DNA of 64,000 nt, taken from Octopus sinensis (Eukaryota). A model generated the notes under the pieces. It was not told the DNA's origin and did no database searches. It saw nothing but the letters and a program-made list of their open reading frames with translations. Location: positions 79,670,001 through 79,734,000 of the forward strand of contig NC_043003.1 in NCBI RefSeq assembly GCF_006345805.1, read 5' to 3'. Made by a program: the position numbers and the translations under genes. Each line of letters begins with the position of its first letter. The stretch's first letter is position 1. Below, one piece after another: positions 50,881 to 64,000 of this stretch.

Positions 50881-52212
50881 AAAATGGCGACGTTTTTTTT
50901 TTACTACGTTGCAAGCACTCTCACCAGGTCTTAGAATAAACCATTTAAAAAACCAATAGTGGAATGAGCTGCTGTGCATTATATTTCACAGCCAGTTAAT
51001 ATGAGGGAAACAGAAGCCATGTTCACTATTATAGTAGATGAAGGCGATTGATCGATTTTAGATGAAGTTTAAACTTTGTGTACATTTGCACCTATTTCCA
51101 CCAATTACGTGGACTATGCCTAATGCAGAATAAAGTGTCCTGTTTCCAAACAGAACAGCATACCAGCAACGGATAAACTAAGATCTGATAGTCTTAGTCT
51201 CCGTTTACTCGGCCATCTCAGCTTCTCGTTACGTACAAAATGAAAGAATACCCTTATTGTCTAATTGAAATGCTGCAGGAGAATGTATTAGAATGGCAAG
51301 GTCGGGAATTTACGAAGAAATAATTTGATATTTTAAAAATGTATTATATTTATTTTAATTCATATTTCATATTGAATCGGGGAACAATACCGTGAATAAT
51401 GAAAGGTTTCGAATAACGGTTTTATCATTAGTTCATTGCAGTTTTGACAGCTAATGTGATAAAGCAGTGTGTGTAAGCCGCCGAAAATGTAAACATCTTA
51501 AGGGGATTCGTTGGTAAAACACCAGGTTTTCGGTTTTCTTACCAATGTTTACATCCTTCGTCGATGTGAAACAAACACACATAGACACACAAGTACACAC
51601 TCACACACACACTCACACACACACACATACACCGACACACACATATACATAATTTGTATATGTGCGTACTGTATGTTTATCTAAAGAATGTACATTCTTT
51701 AGATAAACATACAATTTAGCCTTGCCGTGAAAAGTAAACTAAGTCTCATTCACCACAGATTTACCACTCTGTAGACAGAAAAGATAAATGAAATCAATCT
51801 GATTAGTTTGTAGATTTGCTAGGTTTTTCTTCAAGGGAAGAATGCCCGTAGAGATTGGTATTTTATAGCTATTTATATTGTATACAACCTGGGACTGAGC
51901 GGAACTAGTCTACATAATTTACAGAACACTCTACGGGCTTTTGACGTAGATTTACTGATCAATAAATTAATAATGCATTGTACAGTGTCTATGAATAAGC
52001 TGAAACGTAAGATATACTCTGTTCTTTATTCTAAATCTGTTTATTTATTTATGTTTACTTGTGAAAAGTAAACGAATTAGTTACGTCACAAGGTTCATCT
52101 CCTCATGGACAGAAATACATCAATCTCATGTGATTTGTTAATAGTGTTGTTAGATCTTCATCAGAGGACGATTACCTGTCTTCTGTTCACGGTGAGATTA
52201 TTAGCTTGTAGC

Positions 52213-52790
52213 TATACAACGAGCGTTCAAAAGTATCCGACATTTGGGCATAAAAAAAACAATTTAGAATATTTCAGAAATTTATTTAATCACTTTCAAA
52301 ATACTCACCTTGGGAGTTTCTCCCAGCGGTTCTGCCAATGCTGGCGATGCTTCTGGAACACCATCTCCGCAATGATATGGAGCTCTGCCGTCGCGTTTGT
52401 CATAATTTCCTTTCGTGACGTAAATCGCTTACTTTTCAACATGGTTATCAGTTTAGGGACGAGCTAGAAGTCACACGGTGCCAAGTTGGGAGAGTATGGA
52501 GCCTGTCAAACAAGTGATGTGGATCACGTAAACGGAATAAGAGAGCACATTGTCGTGGCGTAGTTCCCAATTCTTCGTCGCCCGCTGGTCCGGCCGCTTT
52601 CGACGCACAGCATCACGAAGGCGACGCATAACTTCCAGGTAGTATTCCTTACTGAATGTTTGTCATTGTGGTGCGTGTTTAGGATCAACAATACAACGGG
52701 AATGAAAAACAGGTCAACATTACCTTCATATTCCTGAAAACTTGTGCATCGTGAGGGCTTGATGATGAGAGATGCTTCCATTGGGAGGAC
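52213..52790 (-). mobile_element. Mariner 3' half with TIR remnant
   Basis: Reverse translation PYSPNLAPCDF*LVPKL...KSKRF...WQNRWEK. Confidence 0.85.
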
Positions 52791-52799
52791 TGGAAATTG

Positions 52800-53345
52800 A
52801 TTATAATGTATAAAATAATCTAACTTCGCAACTAAGTGTCTCTAAGTTCAATCTTGCTGCATTACATTTTTAACCAACCAAATATGAACCATTTTGTTGC
52901 ACAATGCGTCTCCATCTTTCCTGTAACTTGAAAATACCCTCTTCCCAGAATTGAGGTGGTTTCATGGCAAAGAATTCCTCAAGGTATCCTTTTACGTCAT
53001 CCATGGAATTGAAATTTTTACCATTAAGACTATTCTGCAGAGATCTGAATCAGTGGAAATCCGAAGGAGCAATATCTGGTGAATACGGAGGGTGGGGTAA
53101 CACATCCCAGCCGAGCTGCACCAATTTTTGTCTGGTTCCCAAAGCATCAAATGCCGAGAATGGACTTTCTTATCTTCCATTTTAAAGGGTTATAGGAACA
53201 TATTCCTTCTTCCACGAAAAGATAGCTTAAACTGTGCTCTAAATGGAGGTGTAGTCAAATCTTATTTTATGGACTAAACCATGTTCTAAAATAAGTCGAA
53301 AGGCAAGCTACTATAAATCGGCACGAACTTTCCGGACAACCCAAT
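52800..53345 (-). mobile_element. Internally deleted mariner (Mos1-like C-terminus)
   Basis: LGWDVLPHPPYSPDIAPSDFH*FRSLQNSLNGKNF; terminal TATTGGGTTGTCCGGAAAGTTCGTGCCGATT on the minus strand. Confidence 0.88.
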
Positions 53346-53901
53346 ATATACCCAAAATCATCACGCTCACATATTCTTAAAGCTTTTTAAAAACCAAAGA
53401 ACATATAGATTTGTAATTTTCTGTGTTTTCCAGATAAGACAACTGGCCATACTGACACCAGTTTTTGTAAGAATCACTGAAATACTCATTGAGATATTTA
53501 GCTAGAAAGAGAACAGGCTGAAATCGTTTTGTGCCAGCTTCATCATATCTTTCCAACGGAGAAATGTTGAGAAGGCTAAGATAATCCAGGCCTTTCTCTG
53601 GCTTTCATCTTCAAATTCCATTCAAGAACCATCAAGTGAATTGTGAATATGATTGAGAAAGAGGGAATAGGGGAGAGGAAAACTAAATCAGGAAGTCGTA
53701 ATCGCAAGAAAGGTCACAATTTCAACCTGGAGCTGGAGAGATAAAGCACAAGATATCCAACTCAATCCATAAGACATTTAGCATATGAGAGAGGTGTATG
53801 TATGTATGTATGTATGTATGTATGTATGTATGTATGTATGTATGTATGTATGTATGTATGTATGTCTCTTCTATTTTTTAATCATTATAAATCTTCCACA
53901 T

Positions 53902-54110
53902 TAAGGCGGCGAGCTGGCAGAAACGTTAGCACGCTGGGCGAAATGCTTAGCGGTATTTCGTCTGCCGTTACGTTCTGAGTTCAAATTCTGCCGAGGTCGA
54001 CTTTGCCTTTCATCCTTTCGAGGTCGATAAATTCGTACCAGTTGCGTACAGGGGTCGATCTAATCGACTAGTACCCTCCCTAAAAATTTCGGGCCTAGAG
54101 TAGAAAAAAG
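53902..54110 (+). mobile_element. SINE family A, young copy
   Basis: Nearly identical to 42280 over the head and core. Confidence 0.92.
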
Positions 54111-54114
54111 TTAC

Positions 54115-56420
54115 AAATCTTCCATTGAGGAGGGAGCCTGTTTGCAACAAAGATACAAAACTCAATATTTGGGATGTAGTTAACACAGACAAATTCACAT
54201 TTGGTGCTTGAGAAAACTCTTGCATAATTTTACTGTTCTGCTCACTTGTAATGTACTGATCAGCCGGTCAATTTCTCTTTCCGAAAATCCCAGTTTATCC
54301 AAATTCTCCTTTAAGCATTTACTAACAAAACCTAGTGCTCCAGTTATTATTGATATGAATATGAATTCATAGTCTGCATATAGAAGCTGGGCATAGTCTG
54401 GATATAGAAGTTGCAGGGCATCTAACCTCTATGATACATACCTTTTGCCCCTCTGTCCCCAAAACAATATCCGGTATGTTCTGCTTACATTTGATAGAAG
54501 TTTTGATGGGAATATTCCCCCAGTATTCCTTGAGTTGGTGCTTATAAATTTATACCATAACATAGTAATTTTCTAAGTTTATTTCAGGACAGTCTTTTTT
54601 GCGGATGGCATTGTAAATTGTATTCGCAAGTACATCATGCTGCATAGGGCGGTAGTAACGTAACGACATTTTAGGACAGCTACTAATCACATGCGTAATG
54701 TCTTCCACAGAAACATGACATAGCCTACAAGATTACAAGATTACAAGAGCGTCGCTGTCTCTCTTGTGGTTATCTCCTGTTCCTGGATTGCAAATGCATA
54801 GCCTTCATAGTGTGATTTGATGTAGTGGTCTTGTGTCCAAGAGAGGCTGCGCTTCGTGTCAGTTCTTCTTCAAGCTTCCGGGCAACATACACATGCATAG
54901 TCATTTTATGTATGCTGAGTAATTTCCATTAAGGTTTTCTCTGAGATAAGAGAGCCCAGCTGTTTTGAGGCTGTATAGGAGATCACCAGGAAGAGAGTGT
55001 TTCTTGAGAAGTTCACCGTCAACTCGTACAATGTTGCTCACTCCACTTTTCAGGACTGCATTAATATATTTATTTTTGCTGCTGTTGTTTAGCAGCTGCT
55101 GCCTGCGTGATGTCATATGGCATTCGAAAGCCATCTGCACTGATCTCAGGCCTCTGCCACCTTCATTTCTTCTCAGGTTAACATCACTGTTTCTGTGGAA
55201 GTTCTCAGTTGTTGTCAGAATTTTGCTGGTTTTGATATTTATGGAGTGGATTTCCTCTACAGACCAATCAAGTATCACAAATGTTGGAATCAACATTGAG
55301 ACTGTAAATGCATTGTAGGATATTGTTTTGTTCTAAGAGGGGAGTTCCAACTGCCATATTTTGCTAGGTCTGGTGTAATATTCTCGGGTCACTATCTTTA
55401 TTCACAGTGCCTTCATGTTACATTTTCGTCTATGCCTAGGTACTTGTAATGTTCTTTTTGTGGAATGGGGAAGATAGAGAGATCTTTGATGCACAGGTTT
55501 TGGGTTTGGGGGACTGATTTTCCTCGTTCTTTAACCAAATATGAACATTTCTTTTAGCCAAATAATTCCATGCCTATATCAGCTGAAAATATTCCAGTTG
55601 ATTTTTGGCATTGTTAACGTTTTTAGCATAAATCTTCAGGTCGTCTACAAAGAAATTATGAGTTACATTGATATTTCTGGCAGTTGAAGATCCTAGCATA
55701 TAACCATTTGTTTTCTGCAGTAGGAACGATAATGGATTCAGTGCTAAAATGAAAAGAAGTACAGAAAAACTATCTCCCTCGAACATTCCCTTTGTAATAA
55801 CTATATAACTATACAATTGGAAACAATTATTCTGTTCTCAGTCGTAAGGGTAAGAATAGTTATCTATGTCTTTGTGAGTCTCTCTATAGCAGCAGTTAAG
55901 GTAGTAAGTATCTTTGCCTGATGTAAGCACTTCAACAACCATGAATGAGTGATAGAATTGAATGCTTCCTATAGACAAGCTATACTGTCACAAGGTTTCT
56001 GCGTTGTTTTCTTCAGACAGTACAGATTATTTATTAAAAGTTGTACATCCCGCACACCCTTCTTTTCACCAGCCTGTTGATCAGTCACAATGTTGTTCGA
56101 CTCACAATGGCCTGGATCAACTGGCTGAGGCAATTTGAGTACAGTTTGTACATAATGTTTAGGCTAGCAATGCGCATGTAGTTTCCTGATATATAAGTGA
56201 TTTCATTTTTGACAACAAGATTTGTCCTTGCTGTAGCAATCGAATGTGGTATATTAGTCTGTCCTTCTATAGTCCATTTGAACATACATATATAACGGTT
56301 TCTATAAAATGTCAGCTTTTGGATATACCAATATCCAACTATTAGGTCCCTTTCAGGTGCCTTCTCATTCTGCAGTTTGCCTACTGCTATAGCGAAGGTT
56401 TCTGCATCAATAATGGCGCC
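54115..56420 (-). mobile_element. R4/Dong-clade non-LTR retrotransposon body (RT, CCHC, REL), with deletions and frameshifts
   Basis: KGMFEGDSFSVLLFILALNPLS...HNFFVDDLKIYA (RT); CHVSVEDITHVISSCPKM...QHDVLA (CCHC); IITGALGFV...RTVKLCKSFL (REL end). Confidence 0.9.
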
Positions 56421-56857
56421 GTCAACATGGGAGGTGAAAGTGTAGAGGACCGTTTTGAACTACGTCCTCTAGAAATATGCCGACGTCTCCAGCCTAAATT
56501 AGTAACTGGTTTATTTCTCCAATAATTATTAAGAGAAACACCTTTTACTCGCAATCGTAGCGGTATCCTGAACAGATTTTAAAATATACATCTACATCTC
56601 GTGGAATCTCGCGAACACGACAATGGCTGAAATTAACACCACCACAGATGAAACTAACAACGTCACCACCGATGGAAATAGAACTATTTCACCAGTAAGT
56701 TATTTAAGAAGACATAAGTACTCTTCTCATTTAACTTGGACTCAATAACTAAACCAAAATTTATTTCGGTGCTATGAGAAAGCCCGAGATGACCCTTCAA
56801 TCGGATACATGAAGCGGTTAAAGCAATCCTCGGACGAAGCTCATCTCAACTTAAATA
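56421..56857 (+). mobile_element. 5' UTR and N-terminus of an R4-type element in inverted orientation
   Basis: WTQ*LNQNLFRCYEKARDDPSIGYMKRLKQ matches the R4/Dong N-terminal WTxExN...CY...GYxxRM motif; reading appears to resume at 58071-58095 (NTFKAKQLR). Confidence 0.65.
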
Positions 56858-58070
56858 GCAGGTCATCCCATAAGTTCTGTCCGATTTTACCTTTTTAAAA
56901 ATTTAATAAAATTTAATAGTATTTTAGAATGTCTAACTGAATTAAAAATTATTTTTATGCAATTGTATACATTTAAACTAATTAAATATTATTTTACAGA
57001 ATAATAGAATTAAAATTTCTTTGATTAAAACCCTTTCTAACATAGAAGTATCCAAAGAGTAGTTAAGGCACATAATTCTTTATGAGTACAAAAAAGGAAA
57101 CTCTGCAGCCGAAGCGACTCGAAACATACACTCAGTTTATGGGAAAGAATGCTTGAATGAACTTGCAGAAATTCAGAAGTGGAGATTTCAGCCTTGAAGA
57201 TGAAGATCGAACAGGACGTCCAGTTGAGTTTAATGATAAGCTCCTCGACACTTTACTTGAAGAAAATCCTGCATTATCAGTTGAAGAATTGGCAATATCT
57301 AAAACAAAGGCTTCCTAAAGTTGGAAAATAGGTGCCTTATGAATTGTTCGAAAGCAACCGCAAATCCCGAGTTGACATCAGTTCTTCTCTCCATTCTCGC
57401 TAACTCATTTCACCATTTTTGGATAGTCTTGTGACTGGTGACGAAAAATGGATCTTCTATCGAAATGTTAAACGTCGTAAATAGTGGCTTGGTAAAAGGG
57501 AAAAAGGTCAACCACAACCGAGAGGGGAACTTCATGGGAAAAAGGTTCTACTCTATCTGGTGGGATTGCAAAGGAGTAATTCACTTTGAATTGTTACCAC
57601 CCAATGCAACAATCAATGCTCAAGTCTAGTGGCAGCAATTAGGGCGTTTGAACCAAGCTTTGAAGAAAAAAAGACCCGCTTTAGTGAATCGAAAAGGAGT
57701 GATGTTTCATCAGGACAATACGCGACCCCACACTGCAAAGATCGAAGAGCTTGGTTGGGAAAAAATTCCTCATCCAACTTATTCTCCCGACCTTGCTCCT
57801 TCAGACTACCATTTGTTTCGTAGTTTACGGAGCCATTTGGGGGATAGAACTTTCGCAAGCCAGGAGGAGATCGAAACTGATATTTCAGAGTTCTTCGTTT
57901 TGAAACCAAAAGAGGTTTTCACTGATAGGATTAAAAAGCTTGTAAATAGATGGAAGGAAGTCATAGATAATCAGGGGAAGTACATTTATAATTAAATTTC
58001 AATTATATATAACATTTGATCACTTGTTTTCTTTATTCAAAATTCGGACAGAACTTAGGGGATGACTTGA
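56858..58070 (+). mobile_element. Near full-length mariner (DD34D), inactivated
   Basis: 27-bp TIRs at 56858-56884 and 58044-58070, TA at 56856 and 58071; ORF 57648..57995 has HQDNTRPH and YSPDLAPSDYHLF; upstream part has stops and frameshifts. Confidence 0.95.
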
Positions 58071-58264
58071 TACTTTCAAGGCAAAACAGCTCCGTGTATG
58101 TATGTATGTATGTATGTATGTATGTATGTATGTATGTATGTATGTATGTATGTATGTATGTATGTATTCTTCATACATAATTATATATACATGTGTTTGT
58201 GCATGTGCATGTGTGTGTATGTTCAACCTACTCAAGTTAATGCTTGAAAAGCAAAGTAGGAATT

Positions 58265-58635
58265 TTGAAAGAAGTATTTTGTACTTGTTTCAGTCATTAG
58301 ACTGCGGCCATGCCGGAGCACCGTCTTGAAGAATTTTGTTGTTGTTGTACGAATCGACCCCAGTACTTACTTTTTTAAGGCCTGGCATCGGTCTCTTTTG
58401 CCGACACCAACACCAGTTGTCAAATGGTGGTGGTGGGGACAAACACAGACACAAAAACACACACGCGCCCGCGCGACGAGCCTTTTTTAGTCTCGGCCTA
58501 CCAAATCCACTCACATGGCTTTGGTGAGTCCGAGGTCATAGGTGAAGACACATGCTCAGTGTGGCACGCAGTGGAACATAACAGGAACCATGTGGTGGGG
58601 AAACAAGCTTCTAACCATACAATCACGCCAGCGCC
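58265..58635 (-). mobile_element. SINE family B with full tail
   Basis: CCAAATCCACTCACATGGCTTTGG and AACCATGTGGTGGGGAAACAAGCTTCT body; tail matches 6845-6930 in reverse. Confidence 0.85.
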
Positions 58636-58739
58636 TATATATTAAGTTAGTTTTTTTAAATCGGATGACTTTGGTTCGAGGGGTCCACGAGAATAAAATA
58701 GTAATCGAAGAGAACCAAAAATATAAAAAATGGATGAGA

Positions 58740-59330
58740 ACCACTGTTCCACATGATTGCCAACATTGCTAGAAACAGCTGTAAAATCTCTTCCAAACCT
58801 CTGTCAACTGACGCGTACTTACGGTTGGAGGATCTTTGATGATGGGTTTAGTAAATCGGTGGTGATCTGGGTTTCAGCAATAATTGATTCTAGCATAGGC
58901 TCCGTCAATGTTTCTGGCGGGTTGCCCGGACCAAGAGCTGTCTTACTTTCCAAGCGTTTCAGTCTTCCATGATATTTTTGAGGTTTTCTATTTTCAGCTC
59001 GACATCATGAAAACATTTATCAATTAGCATCATTTCAAGTCATCCGACTTAAGAATTCCTATGACTCGGGAACTACAAAAAAGAAATCACTAATTCATCT
59101 TTGCTTCGATAGCTGTGATCAGCATATCTCATTCCACCACTCTCGAATGATTAATGATATGTTGGGAATATTTCCAGACACCTCATCTTTCGTTGAATGT
59201 TGTTTCCATTTATTGAGAACAGTACGTAACATATATGTGTATGTCCCCTCTTCTCCCATCTTTATCATTTTTGTATCATAATCATTTGCCTCATCAATGT
59301 CTATGTCCAGCCCTCAAAGCTACCTTATCT
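58740..59330 (-). mobile_element. Possible decayed non-LTR RT fragment
   Basis: Reverse translation MIKMGEEGTYTYMLRTV resembles the RT domain 7 xYKYLG region. Confidence 0.3.
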
Positions 59331-59409
59331 ATGTGCTGCCTATATGGCAAATTTAATGAATAAAAATATATGTGTAGGTCCCAACAAGTTTGCTTATCTT
59401 TTCTTGTCA

Positions 59410-59625
59410 GAGTCAGTGCAGATGAAACTTAAAGAAAGCAATGAGCTTGAGATTTCGGGGAAGATGTTAGTCGATGCCACTGACACCAATTTTAGACTGC
59501 TAATTTTATTTTTTCGACTCTGAAGATAATGCTGAACTTGGTGGGATTTGAACAAGGGACGTACCGAGTGAGAAGAAATACCACTAAGCAATTTTGTTAT
59601 CAGTGTCCCCTGGCGGTTCTGTGAT
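59410..59625 (-). mobile_element. Diverged SINE family A
   Basis: TTATTTTTTCGACTCTGAAG...GGATTTGAAC...ACTAAGCA pattern. Confidence 0.7.
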
Positions 59626-59659
59626 TCTGCGATTCGTGTAATCCACCGTCCCGCATTTA

Positions 59660-59845
59660 AACATCATCATCATCATCATCCTCATCATCATCATCATCAC
59701 CACCACCACCACCACCACCACCGCCACCACCATCCTCCTCCTCCTCCTCATCATCATCATCATCAACAACATCAACAGCAGCAGCAGCAACAACTACAAC
59801 AACAAGAGTGATGACGACGATGACGACGACGACAACGACGACTCT
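59660..59845. repeat. Compound trinucleotide microsatellite (CAT/CAC/CCT/CAG/CAA/GAC)
   Basis: Seen directly. Confidence 0.93.
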
Positions 59846-62293
59846 ATGTCACACATAACGGAATAAGACTTTCCATATAGCATTAAGTTTCCATAGTATC
59901 TTCTTAATCTGAATTATTTCGGTTGTAATTGATTTCTTAGCTTTATCTACGTTAACCTTTCGCCCTTCACTTTATGTTATTTCAGCAGCAGCACGCAACT
60001 TCGGCTGCAAATAACTATTCTGAATTGAACACACTCGTCAGAGAAATAGGCAACCAATTGGCAAGAGAACAGGGGAATCGTTAGAAAGCTGAACGAAAGG
60101 TCTTGCGGTTGTTGATCCCAATCTTTTGATTTGTGAGTTCAAGTCCCATCGCGATTAACTATGCCTTTCACCCCTCTGTCGGTTAACGAACGTATCAGGG
60201 TAAATTTTCTGTTGTTTCCCTTCCTCCCAAAAGTGGTCCTTACCTTTAACCCGCAAAGATCAACTAAGGCTTTTATCTACCCAGGGGTAATAAAAAATAA
60301 GTACAACTCAAGTCTGTATAATAGGCTAACACCTACCCCCAAATTTCAGATACTATATTTCTGTAAGAAACACTTAATATATCAGATCTTAAGGAGGCGA
60401 GCTGGCAAAATCGTTACTACGCCAAAGTAAATGCTAAGTAACATTTCTTCCAACATTTTACATTCTGAGTTCAAATTCTGCCGCATTATGAAAGGGTTAT
60501 AGGTGAGAACCATTCATATTATACCCTGTAGATCCCAGGATATGACCAGTCCTTTTAATATAAAATAGCATTAGATAGTAGATCTCTAATTTCAGATACC
60601 ACTAAATCTCTGGTCAAATACGTTTATTTCTTGATCAAGATTTGAACTTTCTCTGCCTTAATATGTTAGAAAAATCTCGAACACCGTATCTAAATTGTAG
60701 TGGTTGATATGAGGTGACTGGAAGGGCAAAGGCTCGGCAGTGTACTCTGTAACACACCACCTCTTTCTCTAGGCAAGCGATATTCATTATTCAAGAGCCA
60801 TCACAAGGTCGGTTTCAGGATTTTGCCTGAAGCCGTTACATATAATAGTTACTTACATTTTGGACGTTAAATGCTTTGGTTTGATAACATCACTTATGTT
60901 AATGATGAAGTTCTTGTAGAGAATGTTTGTTATTACTGTAACAATGACTTTTTATAAACTATTTTTGCTTGTTTGGTCGTAAAACATAAATACAGTGAAT
61001 TTATTGTTTGACCAGGATTTGAACTTTCACTGTCTTATCATGTTAGAGAGATAAAAAGAACAAATCGATAAAATCTGATGAAAATTTCCATTTTATTTTT
61101 CTGGAGATATTGTCTCACATAAATGAACATCCTTAGAGATTACCTGTAGTATGGTAATTGAGATTCTACTAACCGGCTATAAAATAGCTATCCCTTTCTC
61201 TTTAAACTTCAAGTAGCTTCAGTCTTTCCTAATGAACTAGAGTTTAAAACCTAAAAGCTGGCTATCTGATAAATATTGATTCCTTGCATCGCTACAAGGC
61301 CACAAATTAAAGGGGAGGAGACAGTCGATTAAATCGATTCCAATATCGTGGCAGTGCCTTCACATAGTTATAGTTGGATGGCTGATACCAGCAAAGGATT
61401 ATATTATTGTTAGTGCTTATCATATAGACTCTAGGGGCGGGCAAGAGTGATAAAAATGAAGTCAATCTCGATGAGTTTTGAGCACTGAGTTTCAAGGGAA
61501 ATAAATATATACCGCAGGGTCATTAGTTATGTCCCTTAGCTGTACCGTGATCACGCTCCACTGATCAATTATTCATAACCGACCATTAAATAATGGTGTT
61601 CGAGCAAGATGTCAGTTCTAGATATGAGTATTTACAATGGCATCCAGAATTTTCCACTAAATCGCGGTCAAATGCTGGTAATTGTCTTGATAGAGAGTTA
61701 GGTTTTCAATTCTTGTGTGAAAATGCTATTTAATTGGTCCCAGAGTCTCTGTTTATGAAATCAATCTGCGTTCCACAAAATCTAGGGAGACCGGCCTATG
61801 AACGTGTGGCCCGGAACGGAGCTTTAATCCTTTTTGAAACATACATACACACACACACACAAACATAGAATCCTTAAACTCCAAAGTGTCAATACCTCAA
61901 ATGTGAAATCAAGCCCCCAGAGACAGCTGTTGAACTCGTAAAACTCTTATTCAACCCATTTAATTCCTGATATCATTTCTATTCTGTGTAAGTCGGACTT
62001 TTTTTACATGCTTACATAATTTGTATTAAATGTATTTAATATTTTTTGTATATCAACTTACCTAAGTTGCTTGTCCTTACATTTACTCCTTTGTCTGCTC
62101 AAATTCAAATTTCTTGAGGACTACGAAGTGTATTCTATTCAGAGAATACCTGTCTATAGCCAGCTGGAGGAGGTGTCTTCCTGGGGCTACAAACTACAGT
62201 AGCATCCACCCTTAGGGGTTAGCCATATTCAAATGGCAAATATACGTCACGATCTGTTGCCGCTACTGTTTATAACTCGCTCTGAGATTTATC

Positions 62294-62351
<58 letters not shown>

Positions 62352-62769
62352 CATATGTACGAGTTAGTGGACAAATGAAAGACGGACACTCAACACATTT
62401 ATTATGAGTTACATGTATGGATCAAAACAGTTTGATTCAAATTTGTTGGTACTCCGAGTTTCAAGCGTGAATACGAATGAAAGAAATTGATTATTGTTAC
62501 CATAAGTTGGGCTGCGATTGGTCAAGGAAGGTTAAGTAGTGTCGTGGTTTGATGTTGGTGTATCAGTATACCAGCGACAGCGGTTAGCTGGAAAATACCG
62601 CATGGTGGACAGGAAATCAGTTGAGTTGTTAGAGGGAGAGTAGGAAGGGGCGGTATGTACAAGTATATAGGTGTATGTGTGGGTTTGCGTATGAGCTCAT
62701 GGTTTTGCGTGCATGTCTGTAATGATGCAAGCGTGCGCATCTGTACATGGACGCGCACATGCACGGCCC

Positions 62770-63700
62770 CCTATTTAAACGGTCAATAGAGAGATCTTCA
62801 ACTGGGCTTCCCCCAACTGCAACAATGCTTTGGCTAGGAACGGGTTTACTGAGAAGTTCACGTATGTGGACAACCCCCAAACACCCTCTTCTCACCCCAC
62901 AATGATTAGGAAAAGGAAAAATTATATGGTATAACCCCCTTTCAAGCTAGAAGTTTCCATCAATGTAGCTAGGGGTTTCCTGTTGTTAATTAAGAAACTC
63001 AAAAGCCACAAGTATCACAAACTCTTCTACCTTCATAATGTCAATGTGAGCTACACCTGTTTAGACAACGTCGCATCTAACATCGCACTCATCAACAGAC
63101 CCCAACTTGCAGCTTCCGGAACCCCACCATGTGCCTTCTAGAAAGATCCTGCCTCTCAAGTGCCGTAGTATACAGGGCCACCTTTACACCATCCGATGGC
63201 ATTACAAGGCACTATACAGCTAATGTAACAGCTAATGACTTCAAGGGAAGTTACTCTCAGTACATGCACCCGTTTAGATCCAGGGACAAAGAGAATTCTA
63301 CTTCCTCGTCTCGTTTTCTGTGGAGAGTCCGTGACCTTCGAGAAGAAATACCCAGCATCAAGTGGACTATTGTCGACAGAGCACCATCATATTCACCCGG
63401 CTCCTCCAACTGCCAGCTATATCTCCGCGAAAAACTGCATATCCTTCAACGATCTGCAGTATCCGAAAACAAGTAATGCGATTTATCTTATTGTTGTCAC
63501 CAGAGATATGCCCTTCTGGCAAATTTCAAGCTTCTGACTACCGACAATCCGGATAAACTACCTTAGTACCAGCCGCTACTTTGCACCGCATGCGCCAAGG
63601 TCATCCTCACCAACCAACCTCATGAGTAGGACCGACAATTACCAATCCCCAAACGCTTACCAATATCCAAAGCTTACCGATTCCGAATGCTTACCATTTC
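62770..63700 (+). mobile_element. Penelope-like element, RT thumb/linker and GIY-YIG endonuclease, decayed
   Basis: RKRKIIWYNPPF...NVSYTCLDN and ORF 63129..63476 (VVYRAT...FKGSYSQY...NSTSSSRFLW...IKWTIVDRAPSY...CQLYLREKLHI). Confidence 0.9.
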
Positions 63701-63714
63701 CCAACGCTTGTTAT

Positions 63715-64000
63715 GTACATGTATACTCATGGATGCGCGATCGCGATTACGCATGTGCACGCACGCACTAATATGCATGCGTACATGCATGCATATATAC
63801 ATATGTACATATAAATGTATACGCTGTATGTGCGTCTATGCGTACATATGCATGCATGTGTGTGTGCACGTGTATGTGTTTCTGTGTGTGTGTACGTGTG
63901 TAAGTGTGCGCGCGCATGTCCATTCATATCTGTGTGCAGGCGGAGGGGGGGGCGTGCGCGTGTGCGCTCCTGTACAAATGCACACGCTCGCATCAATACA
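63715..64000. repeat. Alternating purine-pyrimidine low-complexity tract
   Basis: ATGC/GTGT/GCGC mixtures seen directly. Confidence 0.8.

Overview
AT-rich eukaryotic non-coding DNA, inferred to be octopus (Octopodidae) from its tRNA-derived SINE families and very dense (AT)n/(GT)n/(ATCT)n/(ATT)n microsatellites. I find no intact protein-coding gene; most ORFs in the supplied track are microsatellite read-throughs. The window holds decayed mobile elements: at least seven Tc1/mariner copies (two with both TIRs and TA target duplications), several Penelope-like element (PLE) remnants, R4/Dong-type and L2/CR1-type non-LTR retrotransposons, a hAT-like MITE and about 25 SINEs, two groups of them in tandem arrays. 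Three less obvious layers stand out. (1) A highly diverged ~370-390 bp unit recurs at 12.7-16.7 kb and 44-46.4 kb, with weaker traces at 1.4-4.5 kb; it is conserved more at the amino-acid than the nucleotide level, suggesting a dead gene or gene cluster built from an unidentified ~125-aa repeated domain. (2) Five minimal hammerhead-ribozyme-like motifs occur, two within fold-back modules; four near-perfect inverted repeats in total end directly against (TA)n tracts. (3) An R4-type retrotransposon has its 5' end inverted relative to its body and was later hit by a mariner. All alignments were made by eye, so boundaries without a TIR or splice landmark are approximate and family calls are unverified by database search.
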